This document shows, piece by piece, positions 40,420 to 53,852 of a DNA stretch of 64,000 bases; position 1 is the stretch's first letter, and each line of letters begins with the position of its first letter. Origin of the DNA: Eledone cirrhosa (lineage: Eukaryota). The notes beneath the pieces are model-generated. The model was not told the origin of the DNA. It saw nothing but the letters and a program-made list of their open reading frames with translations, and did not search any database. The translations under genes and the position numbers were made by a program. The stretch lies in contig OZ024741.1 of the NCBI GenBank assembly GCA_964016885.1, positions 103,912,001-103,976,000 on the forward strand. Direction: 5' to 3'.

Positions 40420-40750
40420 TAGTCTTATAGCGTGTTGTGCTGGACTGCTGTCAGTTCTGATGACGAGTCCTCCAGTGGTTTGATCAATGGAACAGCCTGC
40501 TTCTGTCGTTTAAGTGCAAGAAGCCAAGCATTCCACAGACATGTGTACCCCTTAACGTAATTCTCAGGGAGATTCGGTATGATACCGTTATGACAAGGTT
40601 GGCCTTTTGAATTACGGGACAACTCATTTTTTCCAGTTAATTTAACTAGAACAATGTGAAATAAAATATCTTGCTCAAAGAGCCCAACACACTGGTGGAA
40701 ATTGAACTCATGACCACTCACACTAACAACTAAAGCACACACCTTCACAT
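40420..40750 (-). mobile_element. Older tRNA-derived SINE
   Basis: Shares ACAATGTGAAATAAA..TCTTGCTCAA.G and a B-box-like GAATTGAACTC with other copies at about 21965-22250 (+), 33690-33790 (-) and 61620-61925 (-). Confidence 0.65.
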
Positions 40751-41451
40751 CTAATATTGTACCTGTCATGATAAACATATTAGGTCTACAGGACACACAG
40801 AAAAAGAAAAGGAAGAGCAGTAAAATGTGAAGTAAAGAACACAGTTGGAAACAAGGAAATATTTTGAGAGCTAAGATAAAACACTACTGATTTCAGGGTT
40901 CAATATGTGGAAGATTCTTGGTTCGTAATCTATTTTAGCAAGGGAAATGGTGATATATCCCAGGAGAATGAAGATGAAAAAGGTGGTGGTGGTGGTAATG
41001 TTGATGATAAATTGTGAGATGTTTTATGTGCTGGTTACACTAAAGCATATGATTTGTTTTCATGTAGAATAGATTCATTTAAGCATACATCCATCCATCT
41101 AACCATAATCTCTTAATTCCTGAAGGATTTATAAGGGGTGCTGTCATGACATATGAGCATTTAAACCTGGTGGAGCCCATACCTCTCCAGGTTTGAATAC
41201 AATCAATTTATTCCAGAGAGAGAGAACTTGAGAAAGATATATAGAAGAGTAATCGACCCCAGTATTGGACTGGTACTTTAGAATACTACAAAGAATGTTA
41301 ACTGATATTCTAACGGCTCTGCCAATTCACTGTCTTTCAAGCAGAAATAACTGGGGATAAATAATAATAACAACAATATTGGAGTTCTTATTGATTTTTG
41401 TTTTAATATAAATATAACTTCCTAAAGTAAACAATAAAAAAACTTATATAA

Positions 41452-41557
41452 TTATTTCCTCTTCATTGCTCTTTTTCCTTCTCCTTTCTTGGGTTTAACT
41501 TTACCACGGAGGATGCGGAGTCGTTTCATTTCATCTTTGAAATCTAAATGTTCATCT
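41452..41557 (-). CDS. MRPS33: Mitochondrial ribosomal protein S33, last coding exon
   Basis: TTTTCAG acceptor; (R)[34 protein letters not shown]-stop. Confidence 0.95.
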
Positions 41558-42884
41558 CTGAAAATACAAAATGATTTGATTTAACTCTTTCATGTGTAGA
41601 ATAGGATAGGTAATAAGCAACTAAAGGTCCTGTTCAATATATGCTAACATAGAAAAGTTGACATAAAAACGATGATGATTGTTGCAATCATCTTTGAAAA
41701 TGATTAAGGATTTAATAAAACAACTAACTGGTGTTAGGAATATTCTTTCATAAAAATCATGATGGAAGATTTTAATTCATATATGAACATTTAAAAAATG
41801 AGAGGTGTATCTTAAGACCAAAACCAGTCTCAGGCTGTTTGGTATCGAAATTACATGAGGAAAATTTATGTTAAAAACAGATAAATCAAAGATAGACTGT
41901 TAGCGCTGGGGCCACAATAAAATGCACTCAGTACTCTGTAAAGTAGTAGTGCTGAGGCCAAGTGAATGAACCTAGTATACTCTGTAAACTGATAGTGCTG
42001 GTACCACAAAATGCATCCAGTATACTCTTGTAATATGGTTGATATTTAGGAAGTCATCCACCTGTAGAAACTACCAAAATATGGAATATGAGCAAGCGAT
42101 GGCTCTCCAACTGTTTTAGTCTAGGTTTGTGCTGATCTGTCCAAACCATGCCAGCATGGAAAGTAGCTGTGTAGCTACATACTGTGAACTATCTGGGGTG
42201 AACCTCATCATCATCGTTTTATGGCTACTGGCATGGGTTAGACAGGTTGTCATCGTTCAAGACTAAAGAATATTGAAGAGACCCATCTTGCTCAAATGAG
42301 GAATTTTCAAATAAAATTAAGAGCAAAAAAAGAAGGGTTTATATTATAAACAACTACAATGTTTCAGATATTTTTGCTGAGTTTAAAAATACTCATGTCA
42401 AATGGCCAGATTGCAAATATCTGTTGATAATAATTGTTTACAAATGGTATTTGATATATTAGCAATATTTGTTATTTGGGAATCAAGATAATTAAATGTT
42501 TGTCTCAAAGACGCGAAATAGATAAAATAAGTAAAATAAATTAATAAAAAGACTACATAAGATCGGTCATGTTTTGATAACGTTATTGCTACATCTGAGG
42601 CCTAACTATTGTTTTGAAAGGGGAAGTAGGATAAGCCACCTTCTACACAAATTGCTAAACATCCAGTTGTTAAAAATTAACATCACAAGATGTGAAATAT
42701 ATGTGTGAGATTGATATTTTGATGGATAACACCATACATGATTACAAAAAAATTGACACAGATATAGTGACTCAAGAGTCATATTATACACAAGGATTTA
42801 ATTTATACCTGTTATTTTAGTTTCGAAAACTGGGGTTACATTATACAAACGCATCTTATACACAAAGAAATATGGTAGTTTTAC

Positions 42885-43093
42885 CTGAACAAGCCGTGGT
42901 TACGAAGTCTCAACATGAGTGACTCTATTTCTCTTAAAGGTGGATAGTAATTGACAACATGAGGATCCAAATTATATGGTCGTTCTTTGAAAAGTCGAAG
43001 TAATGGGTTGGTTTTCTTGGGTATCGGTCGCACAACTTCTCCAAATATTCGTGCTGACAATCTGGCCATTCTCATGGCATAATTAGATGCCAT
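42885..43093 (-). CDS. MRPS33: Mitochondrial ribosomal protein S33, first coding exon
   Basis: MASNYAMRMARLSARIFGEVVRP...YYPP...LRNHGLFR; GTAAAA donor; an acceptor at 43128 implies an upstream 5' UTR exon. Confidence 0.95.
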
Positions 43094-43139
43094 TTGTATT
43101 GTTAGTCAGCAGCAAATTGGTAAATATCTGTAATAGAGA

Positions 43140-43804
43140 ATTTTTACTATTATTACTTAGCTATATTTCTAAAACTAAGAAAAAAAAACTGTTGATTAAT
43201 TTTGAAAATAATTGTGAATTTGGAAGGATTTAGTAAAATAACTAACTTTCTCATTAAGCTGGTGTTTGGAACTTAACTTAAAAAAGAATTTTTAACCCTT
43301 TCATTACTATATTTCTAATGAAAGACATTGCCTGTGATTTTCAAATCATTTTGAAAATAATCAAGAATTTGGAGGGATTTAATAACTTTTTCATTATTAA
43401 GCCAGTGTTTGGAACTAAGCTTAACCATTTAGCATTTAAACCAGCCAGAATTCTCCCACCTCTTTCTGTTCAAACCGGCTGTAACTAACCACTCATACTG
43501 ATGTTAAGGTATTGTTCTCAAAATAAATAACATCAAAATCTCATAGATTATTCAATATTATGTGAGATAAATCCTTTTCTGCAAAAATACAACAGTATAT
43601 ATAGAGTTATGTAAATGCTAAAGGGTTAACAAAGGTTCTTGCATATGAAAGGTTTTAGATAAATATAAACACTTTAAAAGAAAAGCTTTGTATCATAGAA
43701 CCACAAGCAATTTGATATCAAAAGGGTTAATTCAAATATAGGCATTTTAAAATGAAATGTTTTATATCAGAAAAAGAGGCAGTTTTAAATGTCAAAATGG
43801 TTAA
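43140..43804. mobile_element. Nested piggyBac-like MITEs (TTAA target)
   Basis: TTAA-CCCTTT...AAAGGG-TTAA at 43296-43726 contains TTAA-CCATTTAGCATTTA...TAAATGCTAAAGGG-TTAA at 43425-43625, all inside an older copy. Confidence 0.7.
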
Positions 43805-43914
43805 TGCATTTATTTATCTTACTTTATAACTCAATGGTTCCCAACCTTTTTACTACCAAGAACTCCTTTCATTTAAATGATAGACCCAACAGAGGGACCA
43901 GCAGTACAAGTCAG

Positions 43915-45030
43915 CAGCAATGCAGTAAGTAAAGCAATTAAGGACATGAAAACAAGCATTAGGAATAGTTTCTGAGATGGTAGAACACATCATAATATTG
44001 TAAACCAAGTAATACAAAATGGTGCCATACCCAATGACTGGCATAGCAGCATCATCATCAACTGCTACAAGGGCAAAGGTGATGCACTAGACAGAGCGGC
44101 ATCAAACTGATGGGCCAAGTCATGAAATTTACAGAAAGAGTCATTGTACAACTGATTAGGGATGGATTGAATTAACTTAAAGATGCAGTTCAGATTTGTG
44201 CCTGGAAGCACAACCTGGAATTAAAAGATCTTAAAGTCAACCTGACAAAGACAAAAGTACTAGAGATGCCCTTTTCCTTGTGAGGCAACTTCATGAGTAC
44301 CCAGCTAAAAGTAAATCCTACTACTTAGCATTTGTTAACCTGGAGAAAGCTTTTGACAGGGTCCCCCGTTCTGTTATCTCGTGGGCACTTAGGAAACTAG
44401 GTGTAGAAAAGTGGCTGATGAGAACAGTGCAAGCCATGTATAGAGGTGCTGTCACCAAGGTAAGAATTAATAGCGATTATCATGAGTTTAGTATGCAAGT
44501 TGGGGTCCACCAAGGTTTTGTCCTTAGCCCTCTCATGTTTATTATCATCATCCAGGCTATAATGAGTTTAAAACAGGATGCCCATGGGAACTCCTGTATG
44601 CTGATGATCTAACTCTCATAGATGAATCTATGACAGAACTAGAGAAAAAATTCCTGACCTGGAAGCACAACCTGGAATCAAGTCAACCTGGCAAGTAAGT
44701 AGAAAAGAACACAAGCCCAGACCCCCCAACACACAGGAAAATAGTCCTGCTGTGTGTAGGAAAGAAATTCCATCCTCTGTCCCAAATGCAAACTATGGGT
44801 ACACAATTGATGTAGTGAGATCTCAGGCAGGTTAGCTAAGAGAAAGTTTTACATATGGCCATTGCAGGAAACAAGTGCTATCAAATTCTTGGAAGGTTCT
44901 GTAGAAGCAGTTGACAGCTTCTGTTACCTGGGTGACCAAATTAGCAGTGGAGGTGGGTGTTCTGAAAGTACAGTAGCCAGAGTGAGAACAGCATGGAGAA
45001 GGTTCAGGGAGCTACTACTGCTGCTAACAA
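43915..45030 (+). mobile_element. Degenerate RTE LINE RT region
   Basis: YLAFVNLEKAFDRVPR, GVHQG, LYADD, VDSFCYLGD; many indels. Confidence 0.88.
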
Positions 45031-45099
45031 ATTGAGGTACAGCAGCAAATTAGACAAAATGGTGATCAATCACCTCATTCTACTGCCCAAGTAGGAACA

Positions 45100-46810
45100 C
45101 AAGCCACAAGTAATTTGAACTGGCTGATGGGTTCTTTTTCTTATGACCTCCAAAAGGACTCAGAATCAATCACAAATCAACATTGGAAAAATGAACAAAT
45201 ACTGCCAGCATTGTGGTACCAAGACATGAGCAGCAGAAACATCAGGTCTATGTTGCTCAAAAGGCAAAGTGAACCTTCAAACAATACAAGAACCTCCTGA
45301 ATTTCTGAAGAATTTGCTCCTCCAGGATATACCAGAGACAGAGCACTTCAATAAATACATTAAAAAATATAATTCTACTTTTCAAATGACATCTTTTGAA
45401 ACTGACTTTAGATTCTGAACAATTTATTGCTACACTTAATGGGGGGCCTTCTGCCACTTTTACAGGAGCCTCATAAATTTGTGCAGGTTTACTTCATGGG
45501 TGGAAATGAAACAGAGGCACAAAAAAGATGTACCAATGTCCATGGTGGATTGCAGTTCTACATAGTCATGAAGTTACAAGAAATGATTCACCAACATCAC
45601 ATGTATGTCAGTATATTGAAATATGCACTGGAGCACATAAACACCAGGGATCGTAAAATCATCATTAGAGCAGACAAACGCCCAGCTTCAGAACATAAAC
45701 ACAGGTTCAATGCACCTGTCACTGATGAAGTTACAATCATAATGGTTGATTAACAACATGAACAACTTAACATTGTTTTGCAAAAACAAGTGGACATTGG
45801 GGCAAATATGTGAAACTCATAGGGCCTATGACTCACTCCAATTCCCACTCATCTTCTGGAATGGTCAAGATGGATATCATTTTCAGCTACAGCAGATCAG
45901 CCCAAGAATGGGACAAGAAACTGGCTGATCAATAGCTGTAAAGAATTCTAAGCTTATCATGTCATGGTACAGGTTCAATTCAAAGAAGTAACCAGCCAGT
46001 TTATGGTGGGAATGTATGCCAAAATTGAAACAGAAAGATTGGGTTTCTTACTTATGAATCAAAATAAGTTAAAGGCAAAGAACTACATCCGCCTTAAAGA
46101 TGCCATCAATTCTGATGGTGACCCAAGAAATATTGGCCAGCCAATGATACTGCGATCAAGCTTCACTGGAAGACCACGTTCATGCATAAACATACACAAG
46201 ATGCAATGGCCTATGTCAGAAAATTTGGTCAGCCAGATTTCTTCATTACATTTACATGCAAGAAACTGGACAGAAATACCAAATGAATTATTTCAAAATC
46301 AAAAACTGAAGGATCAACATGACCTCATTGCTAGAGTGTTCCATGAAAAACAAAACAAAACTCCTCTGGCTCCTCAAAGAAGGAAGAATCTTTGGTGAGC
46401 TTAGTGCCAGGATGACCACTATTGAATGGCAGAAGATAAGACCATATGATGTTGATAAGATTATTTCAGCGGAGTTGCCTGATAAAGATGATGATCCAGA
46501 GCTCTTTAAAACCATCAAGACCAAACTCATCCATGACCCATGTGGAGTCATCAATCCAGCCTCTCCCTGTATGAAAGATCAAAAATGCAGCAAACATTAT
46601 CCTAGAGCTTTTATTCAGGAAACTCGGACTGACAATGATGGATACCCACTTTATTGTAGGTGTAGAGCAGAACATGGAGGACAATCGATGAGTGGTCCCA
46701 CACAACAAATTGTTGTGTAAACTTCTAAAAGCCCATATCAATGTTGAGTATTGCAGCTCTGCCAAAGCATTAATTACTGTCACAAAATATATCAAGAGTA
46801 GTGACATGAC
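45100..46810 (+). mobile_element. Helitron Rep/helicase gene remnant (Rep region), pseudogenised
   Basis: RADKRP..H..RFNAP, HRAYDSLQFPL, YAKIETERL, SSFTG.P, HDLIARVF, IEWQK, ISAELPD, HDPCG..NP.SPCM, GYPLY, HINVEYC. Confidence 0.88.
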
Positions 46811-47639
46811 TACCTTGTTGTTGATGTTGTCGTTGGGGCAGAAAACACACCAACAATGACCCAATCCTAGTGACAAATAGCTAACAAGCAGATACTCAAA
46901 GAATCCTCGCTTACTGTAAAACCATCAGAATCAATGGTGCCAAACAACACAGAATTTATTTTCTACAAATAATTTTCTATACAATCCTTTTATCTCTATT
47001 TTTTAAACCCCCCCCCCTTTCTCCTTTGGTTCTCTTCTTCTGTTTCTCTTTTTCTCCTCTTCTTTTCACTTGTTATTTTTCCTTTCTTCAACTCGTTTCC
47101 TCTATCCATTCCTGTTGATATCTTTAAATAGAAATTCAGTTCTCTTTTACCTAGTCCCGTTCCCCACCCAGTAATAAGTGTATATAAAAGGAACATGGGA
47201 CATCTGTCAACAGTTTAGATGTAGATCACGCATGTAAATTCACATATATGAGATGTCGAAGAGTCGGGCTTCGACCGCCTTGATCACACCAGAGCCGATC
47301 AGTATTGAAGCAATTGTAATATGCAAATAAAGTTTTTACTCAAGCTGCAAATCTGACTTTAATTATTTTTACTACTTTTCTTTTAATACCAATCAATATG
47401 TATTAGAATGAAAATATAAATAGTTATATATTAAATAACGTTACAAATGGGAGTGAAAATATAAACACATATAATATATACAAAGCATATAAATAAATTA
47501 TTTTTACTATATCTACACTCTACAACATACACCTTAAACCTGGAGCACAACCCTGCGAGAGACGGACCCCGTAACAACATCGAGTGCTTCGAGCAGCGCG
47601 CCACAAGTAACCGCAAGTTACACAGTTAAATAATTGTTT

Positions 47640-47820
47640 CTACTTTTGGCACAAGGCCAACAATTACCCAGTGTATTACTGGTACTTTATTTTATCGACC
47701 CCGTAAGGATGAAAGGCAAAGTCAACCTCGGCGGGATTTGAACTCAGATCGTAAAGGGACGTAACTATGTTGGAAAGCATGGTGTCCGACCCTCTACCGA
47801 TACTGCCAATCCACCGCCCT
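47640..47820 (-). mobile_element. Short tRNA-derived SINE with GCCTTTCATCC...GGTCGATAAAATAAAGTACCAG core
   Basis: Related copies at about 48480-48600, 48710-48850 and 52830-52975 (+) and 55700-55910 (-). Confidence 0.75.
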
Positions 47821-49388
47821 TTAATAATATATATATATATCAGCGGTTCCCAGTCTAGTTTCCGTGAGATTAGTTCAACATTTCCAGTACTTTGTAAAAA
47901 CATAATATACATAACATGCTATTGAGTAACGATTCTTCTCTGGGTTAAATCCATTTTAACAAAAGGTGCCCTTGGTAGTGAAAACGTTGGTAACAATTGA
48001 TTATATATATACATACACACCCGTGTCGACGAGGAACCCTACCCATTATGAACTCTTGTCCTAACCCCTATGGACTCTCATCCTAACGTGTAATATACAC
48101 AATGGATTCGATGGATCAAACGTGATTATTGTCATGTGTTCGCAGAAAGAATATACTTTTATACATTATCTCTACCAACAATGACATAGACAAATGCCAC
48201 TTAAACTAAATTTATGAATGCAGTTCAGGTACAGATAAGTAAGGACTTCATTAATTAATCCGATTACAAAAAGTTTATTAATATATAATTTAAACAGATA
48301 ACCTACCTGGGAAACCAAATGTATTTAACCTTTCTATAGGGTAGTCTTTTAGTATACTGACTCACAACGTTAACGAGTTATATAAAGGGACGTAACTCTA
48401 ATTTTTAACCTAAACCGAACATCTTGTCATCTTTATCCACAGATTCGAGCTGACTTTTATGTTTTGTGTAATTATTATCATGGAGTTCATATCCCGCCGA
48501 GGTTGACTTTGCCTTTCATCCTTATGGGGTCGATAAAATAAAGTACCAGTAATGCACTGGGTATTTGCTGGCCTTGTGCCTAAAGTAGAAACAATTATCA
48601 TGGTCTAATGAGCGCGCCGGCGATTCACATATATATTTAGTCACATATACATTACAGGTTATCTATAAATATTAAAAAATATCCATATGTATGACTAAGG
48701 CGAAAAGCGGTAACATGGAAGAGTCGTCAGAACGTCGAGTAGAATGCCTTGCAGTATTCGTTTCGGCTCTCTGTTCTCTGAGTTCAACTTTGCCTTTCAT
48801 CCATTCGAGATCGATAAAAAAAGTACCAGTCTAGTACTGCGGTCAATTCTTCTTCTATATCCTTTTCTCACTTCAATTCTCTCACTCTCTATGCTCTATT
48901 TTTTTTCTGGAAGAAAATTGCTGTATTCAGACCTGGAGAGGAGATGAGCTCTGCCAGGTTTTCAAATGTCCAAGTAACGCCGTGTGTCAATACGGTGTCC
49001 TTACAACTCCTTTAGGAGTTACGGGACCATACACGCATGTGTATATATATATATATGTGTGTGTGTGTGTGCGCGTGTGCGTATGTATATATGTATAAGT
49101 ACAGAGACCTTCACTATTACAATATTTGTCTGGACAATGTTGGAGAACGCTCTCCAACGTGCATAGCCCCAGTTGCACATCTCATAGTCCCAGCGGACAG
49201 AATAGAGAAACCGTTACTCCGAGGGATAGTGAGGGAGATGCGCTAAAATAGCCCTTTCCAAATCGAGTCAAGAGACTGCTCGGGGATCAAGAACGCCATT
49301 ATGGGAACGACAAACCTGTCGGATAGCGGTCGATACTTCGACAGCTTGTCAGGCAATGAAATCTGAGTCTGTCGCCAAATGCACCACA

Positions 49389-50381
49389 TCTTAACTATAA
49401 TAAAGAAAGGAGTGCGGGATTGTGTCCAGAATATATTTTTTTTTACCGCGTTTGTAAAAAAAGTTGGATTACTTTGAATAAATATTGAATGAATATTACA
49501 TAATTTATGTGCTAAATTTCGTGGCTGTTGATTGATAGGATATTTTATTGATTGACAGGATATTTTATAGCTTATTTAAAGATTCACTTCTTTGAAATTT
49601 TCAAATGTCAACACTTCCGGTTAGCGGCCGTTATATTATAACACTTATAAAAATATCGCATATATTTCCGTCGCTAATTTTCTCCTAATGCAGTTTATAT
49701 ATAATATCGTCTTTTTTAAATGTATCATGGATTACTTTACTGATTACAGAAGACAGTGTAACATAGACTTCGTTCAATTTCTGTGTATATTGTCAATTAC
49801 GATTTTATTTGATGTATCATATCTACATGCATACATATATATTTGTGTATAATATCAATATACACACTACACCCCAAAGGGTGGTTTTTTTGCTAGTCTA
49901 AATTATAATAAAGTAAGGAGTGCGGGACTGCGTCCAGAATATATTTTTTTATCCCGTTTATAAAATAAGTTTGATTACTTTGAATAAATAATTAATTAAT
50001 ATTACATAATTTATCTACTAAATTTCGTTATTCTTGATTAAATATAAATAATTTTGTTGGTTATTTTTTAAGATTCACTTCTATAAAATTTTCAAATGTC
50101 AACACTTCCGGTTAGCTATCGCTTAAATAAACATTTATATTTCCGTCACTAATTTTCTCCTAATGCAGATTATATATAATATCGTCTTTTTTTAATGTAT
50201 CATGGATTACGTTACTGATTACATAAGATAGTGTAACGCAGTTTCGTTCGATTTGTGTATATTGTCAATTACGATTTTATTTGATATATCATATCTACAT
50301 GCATATATACTTGCGTATAATATCAATATGCACACTACACATGCTAGCAGAAAACCACCCTTCGGGTGGTTTTTCTGCTAG
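49389..50381 (+). mobile_element. Two head-to-tail non-autonomous Helitrons (49389-49896 and 49897-50381)
   Basis: A|TC start, subterminal hairpin, CTAG end, CTAG|TC junction, final CTAG|T. Confidence 0.85.
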
Positions 50382-50649
50382 TTTTTATAATGCTTTCCGA
50401 AAGCGACGAATTGGCAAAGTCGTTTTGAACGCCAGATAGTATGTTTGCGCTCTATTTTCAAATCCGACTAAGTGACCAAAAAAATCTGCCTGTCCAAGAC
50501 ACTCACCGCATTACGACGGGTGGTAACTGGGCTAAGGCGCTGCAATAACCAACTAACTGATATTTCCGTAAGGCGAGCCGTCCATAATGACAAGATCGCG
50601 TTGTCAGCGACCCCACCCCCACCATTTCAGGACGGAATTACTACTGAAA

Positions 50650-52075
50650 AATAACGAAATGAACTTGCTGGCTTGCTGCGGATTTCCAAAATAGATACAG
50701 ATTTTATTGAATCAACATACTTGTATACAAATATAATATAATACTTACAGAACGAAAACACAAAGACAAATGAAAACGCATAAGAGAGAAATTTTTTATA
50801 AAAACATAAAGGGGTGGGGCAATTCACCATCAAGTGCGACAGTCGGCCGCACCTCACATCTTAGGGGTTAACTAAATACTTTGAAGCAAGCCAATATCTC
50901 GGAGCATTACCACGGGTCATGCCGAGACTAAGGCGCTGAAATAACCAGGCACCCTCACAGGCATCACCCGACACCTCTGTAAGGTGAATCGCCAGTGATG
51001 ACAAGAATTTCGCTGTCAGCGGCCCAACTCCACCAAACGTCTCGAACGTCACAGGCTGGAAAAAATAATTATTAGATAAACCCAGGTATTTCCGAATTTT
51101 AATTCGTTGGGAGCAAAAGAGTCATTGACTGTGACGTCCCAGATGAGATAGCACCTCTTACCCAGGGACAAAGGGTAATGCCGTCTGGTCTCTTACCCAG
51201 GGACAAAGGGTAATGCCGTCTGGTCTCTTCCCATCCCTTGTGGATAAATCAGCCGGCTCCAGAACTGAGGGGATATTTACCCGAGCCAGGACCCGTTTGA
51301 TGATCAGCACTCAGGCAGTCGGACTGTAGCGAGACAAGATAGTCTTAACTAGCTTTCCCAGTTTTTGATTTTCCTCTAACATTGAAAGCAGTTCTTTAGA
51401 TGGCTATTCAGGGATTTACTATTTATCCGTTCGTCTTTGTTTTACCAATATTCCAATCCCTGACAATAGGTAAGGATAAATTAGAGCCTGTCTCACTGCA
51501 TTTTTTTATCTACTAAAAAGAAAACATTCGTTTCGCTGGCATCTACACACAAAAAACTATTGCTGTATACATTTTGTAACGTGTTCAAAGCAATCAAAAG
51601 AATAAATTATTTTTATATGAAAAAAACTATGCCTTCTGATCTATACTTTTCGATACATTGGAACACTCTCATACCTTTCCATCTTCCTAAAGTGTCAATC
51701 GTGCTAAAGGTGATAATGACCTGTGGAGTCGAGGGACCTACCACAGCTGCATCTCAGACCCCCACAGACGTCGGCTCCCACTCGAAGTGCAATGGAGATG
51801 CGGAGCTCGTCCTGACTGAGAAGGCTACCAATGTTGACTATAAGCAGGGCATCAATCCAGTCCCTCGAGAACTTTGCGCTTGCATGAAGTAAGCGGCACC
51901 TAGAAAATTGATCAGAATGATCAGAGAGAGAGTTGAAAGTTTTCATCGAACGCAGATTGTCCCATACTATCTGCTTCCGTCTATCCTCATCAGTAATGGG
52001 AACTGACAAACCCAGCTCTCTCCACTGTAGTAAAGCTTCATTCAACTCCCTGGTGGAACTAGTCCACTAAAGGGG
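50650..52075 (-). mobile_element. Second CRE-like RLE retrotransposon 3' remnant, interrupted by an AT-rich insert (~51310-51715)
   Basis: FETFGGVGPLTAKFLSSL, ISIALRVGADVC..LRCSCG; homologous to 6800-7627. Confidence 0.85.
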
Positions 52076-52605
52076 ATCAAGCGTGAATGGAGGAAAGAAA
52101 GCAAGGAACTACTTTTTAAAAATATAATTCGATATGCAACTTAAAACGTTATCAGGTGATAAATGAATCTGATTATTAAGTATAGAATTATTGTTGTTTT
52201 CATTTCTGTAAATTTGATCTTAGAAATTTTTAAAATGTGACACCAGCAAGGGGGACAACCCTGATATTAGATTTTTTTTTCTGTATGCATTTTATAAATA
52301 ATTTTGAAAACTACCGTGTTTTTCGGAATATCAAACGCACCGGAGTTTAAGATGCATCTTGATTTTGATGAAAAATGTGTATCCCTAGTCTTGTTTCTTT
52401 TGACATACCGCGTATATATCAAATCCAACCAAGGGCTTTCTCACTCTTCATGAAAGAATCCCTCCTTGGTTGATCTCTACCAGTTTCTATCTGGTTTCAA
52501 TTATGTCAAGGGTGGAGCTGTGCATACGATGCTTGGTCAAGTGTTGGTTCGTGAGGCTATTTAACTCGTAGTTGGGGTTGATGGCAGTTGACTGAGGAGT
52601 TCATC

Positions 52606-52636
<31 letters not shown>

Positions 52637-53382
52637 GTGCTGCTAGAGTATATACATACACACACAGGTACACCCGTATGCATAAAGAAGTGTGCTAGCA
52701 GCCCAAATATACAATAAAGTTATATCTCTAAACATACAGAGTGGGTAATCTAGACTGCTCCAATGTGTATATAGATATACTCATATTTAATATGTAAACA
52801 TGTTAGCATACCAGACAATACACATTCCCAAGAGTCGTTAAGACGTTGGATAGAATGCTTTACAGTATTCGTCCCATCTCATTGTGCGCGCTGAGTTCAA
52901 ATCCCGCCATGGTCAACTTTAACTTTCAAAGTCGGTAAAAAAAAAAATAAAAAAAAGTACCGGTCCAGTACTGTAGTTTATAGAAAAAAAAAAAAAAATC
53001 GGCCGTGTTCAGACCTGAATGGGGTTGGGCTCTGCCAGGTTTAAAAGTCCCCTAGGCACACCGTATGACGGTGCCTCTAAGACTCCACAAAGGGTTATGG
53101 GATCTTTATCCTTATATACATCATTAATAGATTTTCAAATCTTATAAGAGATAATGGGTATGCAAGACCATCAAATACATGTCTCCGTAGGGTTGTTTGG
53201 ATGATATACATGCCTTTTGAAGCCCCAATCAAGTCTGAAAAATCGATGTTCATTTTTTTCCATTTACAGGGAAATTCATATTTTCTGGCATGTTTATATG
53301 TCTACATATTAAAGAATATTTATATACACATTGGTGCAGTCTTAGTTACCCACTCTGTATGTATACAGATTATATATGTATA

Positions 53383-53818
53383 CTAGCAGAATGACCCGGC
53401 GTTGCTCGGGATTCTAAACATAGGAGGGATAAACATGCCAATCTTTCTGAAACAGTACAGAGAAGTACGGAATACCTTGGCCTGGGGATGGTCTCTACAT
53501 TTTGTGCTTATAGGGTTAAGTAAAAAGGCATTCGACAAACCGAACATGTAATTTGTTGTGCTTTGGTACAATGAAAGCAATAGTTACAGAGCAGTAAGCG
53601 TGTTTGACTGCAGTGGTGGAGAGCATGAAGGAATTTAGTTGGATACTTAAGGTTACAGGCCCTAACGCAACCAAAATGCTAAACAATGCGGTCCCTGGGC
53701 AAAAATTTGAAATCTTTTTCAGTCAAGAAAATTTGTGAAACATAAGGTAATGGATATGCATAGTTTTTAAAAAATTGGTTGGGTACTTCGAGTTACAGGC
53801 CCTAACGCAACCAAAATG

Positions 53819-53852
<34 letters not shown>

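Noticed and set aside
40455-40500. CTGATGACGAGTCC hammerhead-like start
   Set aside because: No properly placed GAAA or stem I; part of a SINE body.
47170-47365. TATA, hairpin and AATAAA arrangement suggesting a solo LTR
   Set aside because: No TG..CA ends, TSD or second copy found.
48921-50640. Telomerase RNA or RNase P RNA
   Set aside because: No CTAACCCTAA template; the ATTCAGAC similarity lacks the matching upstream conserved region in the correct order.
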